DNA of 64,000 nt from a virus. A program made the position numbers and the translations under genes. Positions 35,588-46,123 of the stretch are shown here, piece by piece. The stretch covers positions 1 through 64,000 of the IMG/VR virus record IMGVR_UViG_3300042516_004811; one strand, written 5' to 3'. A model generated the notes under the pieces. The model did not search any database, was not told where the DNA came from, and saw only the letters and a program-made list of their open reading frames with translations. The first letter of the stretch is position 1. The number at the start of each line of letters is the position of its first letter.

Positions 35588-37144
35588 CTAGGTCAGTGAC
35601 CTGCCCATGTGCTTGCGGTAAGTGTCTTGGAACATGTACGCCCACACCGAGCGAGCCTGACCACCAGTGCGCAGTTTGCGCAGTTGCTCAATGGCTTCCT
35701 CAACATGGGGAACCACGATGTAGCCGTGCTTCTGTGCGTACTCAATGCACTGCATGGAAAGGATTTCAGAGAAAGAGTCTCTGTGTCCACACACTCCACC
35801 GTCTGTGACCCACACAAGCGGAGCGTTCTTGCCTTGACGGTTCTCAACGCCCCAAACTATTGCAGGGTAGTCCACGCCGTTTCCGTGTCCATAGTCAATG
35901 TATTCCACATTCTCAACCATGCGACCCTTGTCAGCGATGACCCACATGTTCGGTGCGGTGTCACTGTTCTTGTCGGAATAGATAGCCACCGTTGCGCCCT
36001 TTGCGTTATCCACGATTTCCACGATTTGTTGTGTCGTGAAAGACATGGAACCGCTTGCGTCAATAATGACCATTCCACCCGAGCCACGGATGTTCTTGTC
36101 AAACACACGCTTTGCAGGGTCGGTCATGTATCGGTGCAGTCTGCGAGGACGGCGACCCATGTTGGTCGCAATGCGCTTCTTGCCGATGTTGCCAACATGC
36201 AAGCGAGGCATTGGCTCACGACTCACACGGAGTTCCGACCACTTAGGAGCAGAGCCGTGGTATTCGGTCGGCTTCATGTCCTTGTGCGGATTTCCATTGC
36301 GGTCGCCTTCACCGTCAGGCTCGCCTTCATTGCTTGGAGACTTATCTACCGACTCATCGGCTTCCTCTCCCTTGCCCTCGCTCTTGTCAGAGCCAGCCTT
36401 GCTCTTGCCTTTGTCACCCTTGCGCTCTTTCGGCGGTGGGAACGAGGCGATTCTGTCCACCCACTCTGCGATTCGCTCAGTGTGTGAGAATCCATGCGGT
36501 GCAAGTCCACCGTCACGCTCAACGCCAGTAGAAGCGAGCGTACCTGTGCGGTGCGCTTTCTTCATTTCTCGCATTGCTCGCTTGCCAATGTCCAGCAGAG
36601 CGTCACCCCATGCTCGGTTGTGCCTACGGATTCCAGTCAGGAACTTCTTGTGACCAGCAGTGCCAGCAGTAGCGAAGCAGGTAGCAACCGCACCTGCCCA
36701 GTCATTTGCTTGCGCAAGCCGTTCACCTGCTTCCATTTCACTTCCGTCAGCGAGTTCCGTCTTGATAGGGAAGCCAACATTTTCAGCGAGGTAGTTCATG
36801 CGAAGTTCCTCAACTGCCACCATTGCAGGTGCAGAGGCAACGCCTCGGGCAACCCACTGCTCCATTTGTTCCTCGGTCGGAGACAACTTGGCATGCATAA
36901 GTTCATGCCCTCGGATAGCCCGAGCGAGTTCGGAGTCGGTCGCAGGTGCAAACATCACACGCTTGTCAATGCTCGTGCGAGGCTCACCACGCACAGGTCG
37001 GCAGTTCTCAACTGTCCAACGCTCATGGGCAACATCGTGTCGCCCGAGCAGGTTCGGTTCGGGCTTGTGCGCCCCCACCTCGGACTTATCTACCGAGGTG
37101 GGGAACGCCTTGCCCGACTTGCTTGGAGTCGGTGTGGTGGACAT
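35588..37144 (-). CDS. HExxH metallopeptidase-like / VWA-domain protein (MoxR partner)
   Basis: GHELMH, acidic linker, MIDAS IIDASGSM, VWVTDG; start MSTTP 1 nt after the ATPase stop. Confidence 0.8.
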   Translation of the reverse strand: MSTTPTPSKSGKAFPTSVDKSEVGAHKPEPNLLGRHDVAHERWTVENCRPVRGEPRTSIDKRVMFAPATDSELARAIRGHELMHAKLSPTEEQMEQWVARGVASAPAMVAVEELRMNYLAENVGFPIKTELADGSEMEAGERLAQANDWAGAVATCFATAGTAGHKKFLTGIRRHNRAWGDALLDIGKRAMREMKKAHRTGTLASTGVERDGGLAPHGFSHTERIAEWVDRIASFPPPKERKGDKGKSKAGSDKSEGKGEEADESVDKSPSNEGEPDGEGDRNGNPHKDMKPTEYHGSAPKWSELRVSREPMPRLHVGNIGKKRIATNMGRRPRRLHRYMTDPAKRVFDKNIRGSGGMVIIDASGSMSFTTQQIVEIVDNAKGATVAIYSDKNSDTAPNMWVIADKGRMVENVEYIDYGHGNGVDYPAIVWGVENRQGKNAPLVWVTDGGVCGHRDSFSEILSMQCIEYAQKHGYIVVPHVEEAIEQLRKLRTGGQARSVWAYMFQDTYRKHMGRSLT

Positions 37145-37145
37145 G

Positions 37146-37868
37146 TCAGCGAACCTTGTCCACTGCGAGAGCGTCAAGAATCTGCTTGGCACGGCGACCA
37201 AAGGTGAGTTCGCAAGCCCTCTCCATTCCGAGAGACTTCCGCAACTTGTCCAGTGCGAGGAACGCACGGAGCGAGATTCGGTCATCACCAGCGTCAGCCA
37301 TGCGCACTGCGTATCCACGCAGGTCGGGAGACAGAGCCAGCAGAGCCGAGGGGTGAGGCTCGTTGATTCGGATTCGGATAGGGAAACGGTCAGCGAGAGC
37401 CGTGGGCAGTTCACCCATGTTCTCAATGTTCGTGGTCATAACGGCAGAGAAGCCGTTGAGAGGACGCAGGATTTCGCCAGTTTCGGGATGCTCGTAGGAA
37501 GCAGACTCGGGAGAGTCAAGCATTGCGAGCAGGGTAGCGAACACATCGCCACCAGCCTTATCTACCTCATCAACGATGAGGCGACCGCCCTTTGCTCCGT
37601 TGCCTTTCCACGCTTTGAGCGCAGAGCCGTCAAGCCACTGGAAGCCACCATTGTTGGACGGCATGAAACCGCCAGTGACATCCATGTTGGTCATGTCCTC
37701 GGTGCAGACGAGGCGGTATGCGCCAGCCTCGGTGTCTCCGAAATGCAGACCTGCGTAGGTCTTGCCGATTCCAGCAGGACCGAACAGGATGATTCGGTCA
37801 ATGCCAGCGTTGAGTGCGTCCTCAACATCTTTCCAGCACTTGGGTAGTGCTTCGGTGGTGGTGTCCAT
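37146..37868 (-). CDS. MoxR/CbbQ-like AAA+ ATPase
   Basis: GPAGIGKT, LIVDEVDK, TTN, ALADRF. Confidence 0.88.
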   Translation of the reverse strand: MDTTTEALPKCWKDVEDALNAGIDRIILFGPAGIGKTYAGLHFGDTEAGAYRLVCTEDMTNMDVTGGFMPSNNGGFQWLDGSALKAWKGNGAKGGRLIVDEVDKAGGDVFATLLAMLDSPESASYEHPETGEILRPLNGFSAVMTTNIENMGELPTALADRFPIRIRINEPHPSALLALSPDLRGYAVRMADAGDDRISLRAFLALDKLRKSLGMERACELTFGRRAKQILDALAVDKVR

Positions 37869-38196
37869 TGTTTGCTCCTTTGTAAGCGGTTGGTAGGGAC
37901 AGACACACCATACCATGCATGGTTCAGACTTAGTAACTCTTGACAGCCCGACTTATCTACCTACATAGAAGCCTTGCCAGCATTGGCTCTCCGACTTATC
38001 TACCTACATCAGCGCACACCTCTTATGTGGTGCGTTGCAGGTGGCATGTTGGCGCACGGATGATTCTCCGACTTTTCTAGCCGTCCCCCCATGCCTGCGC
38101 CCACCAGCCTGCGCTGGAGCCCCGCACCGCTCGGGCTTACAACGGGGCTCTTGTGGCCGGCGAGAGATTTATTGACTTTTTGACTTATCTACCTAG

Positions 38197-38685
38197 TCAG
38201 TCGCGTTCGTCTTTACTGACGCTCCACAGCCCGCGTTTCACCTTAACGAAAATCGGACTTTCTGAAACGTACTTCAGTGTTGTCTGGTACGAGAACCCAG
38301 ACTGCTCGACCAGTTGCTCGGTTGTGAACTGTTCCCCTCGATGGCCTTGAGCCCACTTGTCAAAGTTTTCCCATTTATTTGCGCGCTTCTGTGGAGCTTC
38401 TTCCTTCTCACGCTTTGAGCTGTACTTGAGGCTGGAGTAACCGAGGTTGTCCAGCACATACTGTGCTGACTCCTCTGATACCGAGTAACTGCGTAATGCA
38501 GAGATAGGCGAGCCACTGCCACCATCTCGCTGCCAAATCTGAACAACGTACATCCCTCGCAAAATCTCGTTTATGCGAGTCACTTCTTCCTTTGGAACTG
38601 CGAACAAGTTCTTGTATTTCTTCTCGGCCTCACCCCACAGTTGTTCGTGGTGGATGTCAATGACCTCACTTGTTATCTGATTCAT
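38197..38685 (-). CDS. hypothetical protein with a C-terminal HTH-like region
   Basis: GAAGGA RBS; FTTEQLVEQSGFSYQTTLK..KVKRGLW. Confidence 0.55.
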   Translation of the reverse strand: MNQITSEVIDIHHEQLWGEAEKKYKNLFAVPKEEVTRINEILRGMYVVQIWQRDGGSGSPISALRSYSVSEESAQYVLDNLGYSSLKYSSKREKEEAPQKRANKWENFDKWAQGHRGEQFTTEQLVEQSGFSYQTTLKYVSESPIFVKVKRGLWSVSKDERD

Positions 38686-38921
38686 GTTTCCTTCCTCGGA
38701 CTTATCTACGTGTCCACCCAGCATGGTAATGGAAAAATCAACTATTTGACAAATGCTAAGTTCCGCCAGGCAAGTCTTCCCCCACCGTCATTGCCTACCT
38801 TCCCTGGTTTTCCGCCGCAGCCGGCCGCAGGTATGTAAAAAAAACGAAAAATTGAACACGGTTTAAGCCCTAGGGCTCAATCCAGCCGGGGCTCCACACC
38901 GCATTGAGCGAGTTGGGGCAT

Positions 38922-38960
38922 AAAAAAGCGAGAGCCACCATCCCCGTCAGATGGTGGCTC
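38922..38960 (-). terminator. intrinsic terminator
   Basis: GAGCCACCATC/GATGGTGGCTC stem followed by a T6 run on the minus strand. Confidence 0.7.
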
Positions 38961-39009
38961 CCTACTAGGTAGATAAGAAGAAAGGAAATAAACACTTATC
39001 TACCAGTCC

Positions 39010-39228
39010 TTAGAGGAAGGTGAACTTGTCACCCGCCTCTGATACGAGTCCAAGGCTACTGCCATTATCCCATTTCACAAACACAGTGCCAATGTCATCT
39101 ATGTGGTCAATGGTTCCCTCGTCACCAGCACGGAGCGTGGTGTATGGGTCGGCAGTGAAATCCAGTCTTATCCTTCGCCCGATGTAGTTGTCACGCATTT
39201 CCTTGATGACGGTCATTATGTGCTTCAC
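39010..39228 (-). CDS. DUF4314-family protein
   Basis: G.RIRL....DPY..L..G.EGT...IDD.GT..V.WDNGSSLGL. Confidence 0.8.
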   Translation of the reverse strand: MKHIMTVIKEMRDNYIGRRIRLDFTADPYTTLRAGDEGTIDHIDDIGTVFVKWDNGSSLGLVSEAGDKFTFL

Positions 39229-39374
39229 TTGTCTGCTCCTTCCAGTTGTTCCTCTTGCAGTACGAGAATCCGCATGTCCAACAACATGTCCACCATTTCA
39301 CTAGTAGAGATAATGTCCCTGCCTGAGCAGGACGCTATTGCGTTGTCCAACATCTTGATGAGTTCGGCGTTCAC

Positions 39375-40061
39375 TTATTTACCTTCCTTTCTTGCTCGGG
39401 CAAGAAGGTCTTGGTACTCGGAAGTACGCAGAGCCATTTCCATGTATTGACAGATAGCGATGAGTGTGTCGGGGATTCGCCCAAACTCGCTGTCCTCTTT
39501 TAGTTCGCAGACCTCTGCCTTTGGTTCGGAGAACTGTGGGATTCCTTGGTCGTCGTACTTGTAGGGAGCAACGCTGTGCCACAACTTGTCTGCACCCCAG
39601 TTGATAGCGGTGATGACATGAGCCTCGCACACATCGGTAAATGGATTCTCCTGAAACTCCTTCTGCAAGTCGCCTCGGTTCATGTTCTTCATGTTCGCAC
39701 GACCTTCTTCGGGGTCGGTGAATGAGCGTGTGTAGCCCTCAACAGCGAGGATGATGAAGTCAAACTTGGCAATGGGCATTGCCTTGACCACATCCTCAAT
39801 GCAGTCCACTACATCCTCTTTGTGAATCAGAGGAATCATTGCAAGGTGGTAGGGCTTGCTCAGACCAACTTCCTGCTGGAACTCAACACAGGTGTCGTGT
39901 TCGGGGTTGGTTTCATTGCTCTCAACAGCGATGAGCATAATCGCAGGATTATCGGACATTGGCTCCGACTTGCACATCTCTATCTTGGCAAACTGTGAGC
40001 GAATAATCACATCCTCTACGAGAATCTGACCGTCCCTCTCAATGGCTTCTTTGGTGTTCAC
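39375..40061 (-). CDS. hypothetical protein
   Basis: Repeat promoter plus GAAAGGA RBS. Confidence 0.7.
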   Translation of the reverse strand: MNTKEAIERDGQILVEDVIIRSQFAKIEMCKSEPMSDNPAIMLIAVESNETNPEHDTCVEFQQEVGLSKPYHLAMIPLIHKEDVVDCIEDVVKAMPIAKFDFIILAVEGYTRSFTDPEEGRANMKNMNRGDLQKEFQENPFTDVCEAHVITAINWGADKLWHSVAPYKYDDQGIPQFSEPKAEVCELKEDSEFGRIPDTLIAICQYMEMALRTSEYQDLLARARKEGK

Positions 40062-40167
40062 AGTGTTTCCTTTCTGTGGGTTGGTGGTAATGGAAGCATA
40101 CCATGTATGGTTCAGACTTATCTACTGACTAATGGGGCTATCTCTCCCCAACGGTCAGCAATGTACT

Positions 40168-40374
40168 TCATCCAATAATGGAGTCAGTGGGGATTCCGAG
40201 TGCCTTGCCAAGAGCAACTAGCGTCTCAACGCTTGGCATGAAGTGACCGTTCTCAATGCGATTTACGGTCTTTCTGTCAATGCCAGCCCGAGAAGCAAGT
40301 TCTATCTGTGACCAGCCTGCGTTCTCACGCAGTTCCTTCACTCGCTTACTAATGGTTTCTTGTGTTTTTGTCAT
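40168..40374 (-). CDS. XRE-family HTH regulator
   Basis: LRENAGWSQIELASRAGIDRKTVNRIENG...PS. Confidence 0.9.
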   Translation of the reverse strand: MTKTQETISKRVKELRENAGWSQIELASRAGIDRKTVNRIENGHFMPSVETLVALGKALGIPTDSIIG

Positions 40375-40407
40375 GGGGGTTTCTGTTTCTGTGGAGTTAT
40401 CTACTGA

Positions 40408-41121
40408 TTAGACGCTTGGAATGAAGGACTCCACATACCTTCCTTCCTTGCGTTGTCTGTCTGCCTTCCGCTTCCAAACGAGATACTCGTTCATTACGGT
40501 TTCAGCATCTGTGTACATCATGTCTGTGTTGTTGTTGCGCCAGTCGTTATGTGCTTCGTAATACTCATCCCACAGCATGGTTTCGTCTTTTTCTGTTGCT
40601 TCGTCATACAACTTCTGCAAATCTTCTGGCATGCGGTCAGTGTCAAGGCTTCCTTCCTCAACTGTTTCTCCGTTAGCGATTACTTCCCAACCGCAGAACT
40701 GATGACCTTCTTCATCATAAGAAAGCGAGAACACGAGATTCGGAAACTGCTCAGACACAGACTGAATCAACTTCGTTGCAGGTGACCATGCGCTCTCAAA
40801 TCGCACATGAAGTGGATACGAGTTTTCATCGTCTACTTCCACATTGCATGCACCCCACTTTGTTCCCCACTTCTCTATTGCGTCTGCGTATCCGTCAAAG
40901 CCGTCTGACTCCGTGCTTGCGAACACCGAGAATGTGGTGGTCACATCGTTTCCATCTTTGTCCTTGTGTGTGCTGACTTTCTCAATGCTTCCCCTCGGGT
41001 CAAGAGGAACGAGTCTGTTCAGTTCATAGCACTGCTTCGGTTCACGCATTGCGCTGATGAGTTTCCGCAGTTCACGCTTATTGCCAGCGACCAACATGTT
41101 TGTGTAGCACCAGTTAGGCAT
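40408..41121 (-). CDS. DUF1281/YubB ferredoxin-like domain protein
   Basis: MPNWC, WGTKW, FESAWSP, YDEEG. Confidence 0.75.
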   Translation of the reverse strand: MPNWCYTNMLVAGNKRELRKLISAMREPKQCYELNRLVPLDPRGSIEKVSTHKDKDGNDVTTTFSVFASTESDGFDGYADAIEKWGTKWGACNVEVDDENSYPLHVRFESAWSPATKLIQSVSEQFPNLVFSLSYDEEGHQFCGWEVIANGETVEEGSLDTDRMPEDLQKLYDEATEKDETMLWDEYYEAHNDWRNNNTDMMYTDAETVMNEYLVWKRKADRQRKEGRYVESFIPSV

Positions 41122-41409
41122 GTCCAGTTCCTTTCGGGTTTAGTTCCATGCGATGTACCATACCAGCACAGGGACAAACTTATCTACCTGACTCATCCAC
41201 CACCGTCATTTGGTTTTTGGAGACTTATCTACCTGTCCCCCCGTGCTCCTCGTCTTTCGGTTGGAGAAAGTTCGTAGTTAGATTTATCTAAATGTCCACC
41301 CACACGAGCGACCTTCGGTGTCACGGCGTGAGCCCCGGCGCTGGTCCGTGCATAGCGGGGCTCCAGCTGGAGTTATCAGATTTCAGGGAAAGTTGGTGGA
41401 CTTATCTAC

Positions 41410-41745
41410 TTAGATGGACTCAACAGGAGAAGCGTAGATAAGTTCCGAGTAGGCAATGCGCCAGCCCTCGTCACTACCTTGCCAAGCGATACGGATAATG
41501 TCACGCACTCCACTTAGGTATCGGAACACTGCATCATCGTCAATGCCAAAATCGTCTAGTTCATCACCCACAGGTGGAGCAGAGAAAGAGACATAGGCGT
41601 AAATGTGGTGGCTAGCCTTTTCTTCCCATTTCAGTGCAACATCAGCACCAACCAGTATGCGCCCCTGCGTTGCCGTGTGATACCAGTGTGTGAACATCAC
41701 TGCGATAGTCCACGCACAACGACGCAAAAAGTTATCTACCCACAT
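41410..41745 (-). CDS. hypothetical protein
   Basis: GGGGGA RBS before MWVDN. Confidence 0.5.
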   Translation of the reverse strand: MWVDNFLRRCAWTIAVMFTHWYHTATQGRILVGADVALKWEEKASHHIYAYVSFSAPPVGDELDDFGIDDDAVFRYLSGVRDIIRIAWQGSDEGWRIAYSELIYASPVESI

Positions 41746-41962
41746 TGAGTCCCCCTTCCACGGTACGGAGCGTTGCGTCTGCAACGGCGAGAGCAAGTGT
41801 ACGGGCATCAACGCCATGCTCATCAGAAATCCATGGAAATAGATGACCGTCTCGTATGTCATCCCACATGTTGCACATTGCTTCTACTGGCGTGACACCG
41901 AGAGTGTTGTATTCAGTCCATAGGAAGTCTGTGAGTTCGCCCACGCTCATCGGCTCACTCAT
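41732..41962 (-). CDS. hypothetical protein
   Basis: ATGA coupling. Confidence 0.55.
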   Translation of the reverse strand: MSEPMSVGELTDFLWTEYNTLGVTPVEAMCNMWDDIRDGHLFPWISDEHGVDARTLALAVADATLRTVEGGLNVGR

Positions 41963-42171
41963 TGCGCTACTTCTTCTACCTTGATAGTTGAGATACTGGT
42001 GAGGTTCTTGCGGAAGTCAAATGAGAACTTCATTGCCCAGTAATCCAGCATGACGCTCTGCGCTTCTTCGCAAGCCTCTTTGAGTTTCTTGGGAGAGATA
42101 GAGTCGTCAAAAATGATGTCCTCTGAAATCTCTGTACCACGGATTACGCCCGTAACTCTGTACTTTGCCAC
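41959..42171 (-). CDS. hypothetical protein
   Basis: GTG start directly after GGAAGGTAGATAA. Confidence 0.55.
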   Translation of the reverse strand: MAKYRVTGVIRGTEISEDIIFDDSISPKKLKEACEEAQSVMLDYWAMKFSFDFRKNLTSISTIKVEEVAQ

Positions 42172-42208
42172 TTATCTACCTTCCTTCCGAATCCGTGCCA
42201 GTCTACTT

Positions 42209-42790
42209 CTAGACCAGCAACTCCTTGACCCAACCAAATCGCTCATCCACTCGCATCGCAGCCAAGCCAGCGTCAATGGCTCGCTGTGCGTTAGTGTCAA
42301 TGGAAGCAACGACAGGCTGACGGTTGAGAACACTCTGAACATCCTTGGCAGTGAGAGCCAAGCCATCTCCAATAAAAGCGACCAGCAGTTCAGTGCTAGG
42401 TGCGAATCGGTTGGCGGTGTTGTGCAGGCTCATGTACTCGTTGCGCACGACACACACACGCTGAACCGTGTAAGCGGTCGGGTACTCCTGTGAGCAGTTG
42501 CGCCCGTTGTCAATGACCACGAAATCGTAGTCGGAAACATTGACAGATGAAATCTTTTCACTGTCACCGACACGCACCATGTCCAAGTTGGGGAACACGC
42601 CCTTGGCAACCTCTCCACGGGAACCAATGGGTAATGCAATATTGAGCCACGGATAAGTGTCGGGGGAGTAGCCCGAATCAACGAGCAGAGTAGAACGCCC
42701 CTTATTCGCAAGAATCAAAGCCAATGAGCAGGCGGTTGTGGTCACTCCCACTCCGCCCTTGTATGAATGAATGTCGTAAATCTGTGTCAT
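42209..42790 (-). CDS. ParA/MinD-like P-loop protein with a degenerate Walker A
   Basis: SYKGGVGVTTT, TLLVD, YDFVVID. Confidence 0.75.
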   Translation of the reverse strand: MTQIYDIHSYKGGVGVTTTACSLALILANKGRSTLLVDSGYSPDTYPWLNIALPIGSRGEVAKGVFPNLDMVRVGDSEKISSVNVSDYDFVVIDNGRNCSQEYPTAYTVQRVCVVRNEYMSLHNTANRFAPSTELLVAFIGDGLALTAKDVQSVLNRQPVVASIDTNAQRAIDAGLAAMRVDERFGWVKELLV

Positions 42791-42849
42791 GTTTTCCTCT
42801 CGGTAGGTGTTGCTAGTAACTGTACCACTAACGGTTCAGACTTATCTAC

Positions 42850-43236
42850 CTATTCCTCGTCCTCGTCGTCCGACCAAAGTTCGTTTTCGTCCTCTGAATC
42901 GTCCTCAAACTCATCCTCGTCATCGCTGATGAACTGAACGGTCACGGATGAAACTCGTCCGTCCTCTGCGTATTCCACGAATACGGGATACAGGCCGTCT
43001 CCCCAGCCTGATGAGACACACACGCCAGCACCAGTGCCACCATGCTTGTAGAGCAACTGCCCACCACCCTGCTCACTGAGGGAAGCACCGCAGGCTCCGT
43101 TATACGAGTACGGGTGGGTCTCTCCCTCTGACGGCGCAAACTCCTCATCGCTGAGGAAGTCGCTGACATAGCACGGGTCGGTCAGGAGAATCTGTCCTGA
43201 ATCCACTCCGCAGTATCCGATGAGTTTCCGTTCCAT
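42850..43236 (-). CDS. DUF4241-like protein
   Basis: GVDSGQ..L.DP, SSGWGDG.YPV. Confidence 0.65.
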   Translation of the reverse strand: MERKLIGYCGVDSGQILLTDPCYVSDFLSDEEFAPSEGETHPYSYNGACGASLSEQGGGQLLYKHGGTGAGVCVSSGWGDGLYPVFVEYAEDGRVSSVTVQFISDDEDEFEDDSEDENELWSDDEDEE

Positions 43237-43585
43237 TTCTTATCTACCTTTCTTGGTGGGTGATGTGAACGACTGTACCACACACGGTTCAGACTTACAA
43301 AGCGAGTCATCCACCACCGTCATTGTGTTAGGGGGGTGTGTCAGAGTTATTTACCAGCCCCACCAAAAAAGCGAGAAATCTGAAACAGGCATGACTTATC
43401 TACTTGTCCCCCCACGCGCACGGGTTCACCGCCACCCGCAGGGAGCCCCGGCGGTCCACTGCATGTAGCGGGGCTCCAGCCGAACAGGTGGGTATGTGGC
43501 TCGGACTTATCTACCTACCTAGGCAGGGGGGCAGAGTGAGGGTAGATAAGTATGGGGGGCGCACTTATCTACCCTCTACCGCCAG

Positions 43586-43906
43586 TCAGTCGTCCAACCC
43601 TCTCAACTTGCCGCCTCGCACCTCGTAGTCGTGGAGAGCGTCAGCAATGTTCCTACGGTATTCGCCATTCCCGAAAGACCAGCCCTCGGGACGGTCGTAG
43701 GCGGTGAACACAGCGAACGGGTGGAGTGGGTTGTGGGGCAGGAGACACAGCACCACCCACACGGCGTAGGTGTCTATGTCAGAGGGGCGCAACAGCCAGC
43801 ATGCGAGGACGGTGTAGGCGTAGTCACTTGATGTAGGCGTGACCACTTCGCCCACAGAGAGCAGGCGCATGGGATAGGTGTCGGTCGGGGACTTATCTAC
43901 TGACAT
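43586..43906 (-). CDS. hypothetical protein
   Basis: GAAGGGA RBS; second gene of its module. Confidence 0.6.
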   Translation of the reverse strand: MSVDKSPTDTYPMRLLSVGEVVTPTSSDYAYTVLACWLLRPSDIDTYAVWVVLCLLPHNPLHPFAVFTAYDRPEGWSFGNGEYRRNIADALHDYEVRGGKLRGLDD

Positions 43907-43909
43907 GGC

Positions 43910-44362
43910 TTACTTCCCTTCCAGCCAAGCGTCAAACTCGTCATCGGTCAGAGATACGACCTTCGGACTGGGGTCATCCATGATTCGGGCGACTTCCGCC
44001 TCTACGGTGGTGCGCACTCGCTCATCGTTCAGAATGAGTCCAGCGATGAGATGAAAACGCTCGCCCATGAACTCGGCAGGCACGTCGTAATCGTTTCCGT
44101 CGTACTCGCCACGCTCATTCAGATAGCCAACGACCACACAGTCACCCACGAGAGGACGACCGAACAGAACGCTCGCCACGAGATTCGGAGCAAGACCGAT
44201 GAGCAGTCCCTCGTCGTGGACGTAGCCAGCGAGATTCTCGCCATTGGTCACGCAGTCAATCCAACCGCCAACCAGTGAGTTGATGGTCTGATAGGCGTTC
44301 TCCTCGGGGAGAGTGACGGGTGCGATTCCCCCGTCTGCCTTGATTAGTAGTGCTTGTGTCAT
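43910..44362 (-). CDS. DUF3846-family protein
   Basis: LVGGWID.V...YVHDEGLL.GL.PN..AS...LVGD.V. Confidence 0.75.
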   Translation of the reverse strand: MTQALLIKADGGIAPVTLPEENAYQTINSLVGGWIDCVTNGENLAGYVHDEGLLIGLAPNLVASVLFGRPLVGDCVVVGYLNERGEYDGNDYDVPAEFMGERFHLIAGLILNDERVRTTVEAEVARIMDDPSPKVVSLTDDEFDAWLEGK

Positions 44363-44427
44363 GTGGATTCCTTTCTCCGTTGGTGACACCTGAACTGTAC
44401 CACCACAGGTTCAGACTTACAAACCGA

Positions 44428-44558
44428 ACTTATCTACTTGCTCCCCCATCCCAGCCTCGCCCTCTCGCGCGGTGGGAGCCCCGGGGTTCTGCCAACTGTG
44501 GCGGGGCTCCAGCTCGGCACGGCTCGCTGGCTGTGAGTGGGGTGGCAGGTAAGAAAGT
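44428..44558. repeat. ~132-bp symmetric intergenic element
   Basis: ACTTATCTAC..GAGCCCCG-N18-CGGGGCTC..GTAAGAAAGT. Confidence 0.9.
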
Positions 44559-44721
44559 CGCAGATTTCTGTGGTGGTTGCTTCTTATCTACATTCTCTCT
44601 ACCGCCCTCGCTCACGCTCGGTTGCTCTCGGAGTAATAGGTAGATAAGTCGGGACAAAGAGAAGCCCCACCACTCTCCCCTAAGTAGGTAGATAAGTGGT
44701 GGGGTTCCCTTTGGGGGTCTG

Positions 44722-45135
44722 TCAGGCAGTCGCCTTCTTGGTGGACTTGACTGCCTTCGGCTTGTCTGCGCCCTTCGTGGGTCGCACCAGCACTCGCACA
44801 GAGTGAGAGATTTCCACGCAGGTACGAATGACCTTTGCGGAGATTTCGCCTCGCTCAACTGAGGAGTCCCACGCCTTCGTGTCCACCGTGGGCTTCGTGA
44901 CCTTGCGGAACACGGCAGGAGAGACAGCCTCACGCAGTTTCTCCAAGTTCCACGAACGGCGTTCGGCGGGGGACAGTTTGACCGTCACCTCGTCAAGAGC
45001 CACTTCGTCAAGCCCGTGGCTTGCGAGCGTGTCCAGCAGGATTTGGCGAGCCTCGTCGTGGGCTTCCTCTGCCCTCTCTTTGAGGGTGAGAGCGTCAAGG
45101 TAGCCCTTGACTGCGTTGGTTACTTGCTTGTCCAT
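44722..45135 (-). CDS. hypothetical protein
   Basis: Repeat promoter plus GAAAGGGA RBS. Confidence 0.7.
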   Translation of the reverse strand: MDKQVTNAVKGYLDALTLKERAEEAHDEARQILLDTLASHGLDEVALDEVTVKLSPAERRSWNLEKLREAVSPAVFRKVTKPTVDTKAWDSSVERGEISAKVIRTCVEISHSVRVLVRPTKGADKPKAVKSTKKATA

Positions 45136-45296
45136 TTCAGTATCCCTTTCGTGTTGAGTGGTGGACACCACCACTCTACACCACATAGTTCAGACTTCAC
45201 AACTTCCCTTGACACTTATCTACCTAGTCAGGGACAGCCCACACGCCAGCGCACTTATCTACCTTCATTCGCCTCGCACATTTGCCAACTAAGATG

Positions 45297-45427
45297 ACTT
45301 ATCTATGCGCCCCCCCATTCCAGCCAGCCCTCTCCGCACGGCTGGAGCCCCGTTGTTTCGGCAGTTTGGTGCGGGGCTCCTGGCTCGGCTTGCCCGCAAC
45401 CTCAGTACGGGGGGCAGGTAGAAAAGT
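45297..45427. repeat. ~132-bp symmetric intergenic element
   Basis: Core at 45345-45379 (N19). Confidence 0.85.
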
Positions 45428-45700
45428 GGAGATTTCATCACTCAACCAACTACGGCTATCTCGTCTAGCCATTCGCCTCGCAGAGATAGAAGCAGACCTC
45501 GGGTTCGTGGAAGCGCAGAACGCAGAGAACAGAGCAGTCCTCCGCAGAGCCACATTCCACTCGGTTTCAGAGTTATCTACCTCCCCTGAACCTCCCACTA
45601 TCTAGGTAGATAAGTGTCCCCAGACAAGCGAAAGGGGGAGTGAGCAACCAACTGCCCACTCCCCCTTGCTTGGGGCGTTTCCCTTATAGAGAAAGGGAGG

Positions 45701-46123
45701 CTAGAGGTACTCCGCCACGCTCTTGAGTGTGGTTGCCGACACATACTCTTGGTCGGTCATTTCCAGCACTCGGATTGCTTGTTCCAAAGCCTCTCGGTCA
45801 GCCTTCCAGTTCCACTCCTTGTAGAGTTCGGGGGACTCGGGCTCGCTTCCGATAGTGGACTTCGGGAACTCAAAGGTCGCCTGAATGGTCACGACCTTTT
45901 CCTTGTTGTTGGGTCGCCAGCGAGAAGTGGTTGCCTCCGTGACCTTGCCCTTGCCAGCCTTGACAAGTTTCAGCAGGTTGGTGTTGTATGCCTCCACAGC
46001 CTTGTCATACTCGGCTTCCAACTTGTCGTTGTTGGCGAACCGCTTGGCTCGCTCGTCAAGTGCCTTCTTGAGTGCCTCCAAGAGAACACTCACCTTGACT
46101 TTCACCTGAAGTGATTTGGACAT
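45701..46123 (-). CDS. hypothetical protein
   Basis: Repeat promoter, RBS, downstream hairpin at 45628-45667. Confidence 0.7.
   Translation of the reverse strand: MSKSLQVKVKVSVLLEALKKALDERAKRFANNDKLEAEYDKAVEAYNTNLLKLVKAGKGKVTEATTSRWRPNNKEKVVTIQATFEFPKSTIGSEPESPELYKEWNWKADREALEQAIRVLEMTDQEYVSATTLKSVAEYL

Noticed and set aside
35609-37847. Long plus-strand ORFs of 205-349 aa
   Set aside because: Antisense to the motif-bearing AAA+ and VWA genes; no RBS or recognisable motifs.
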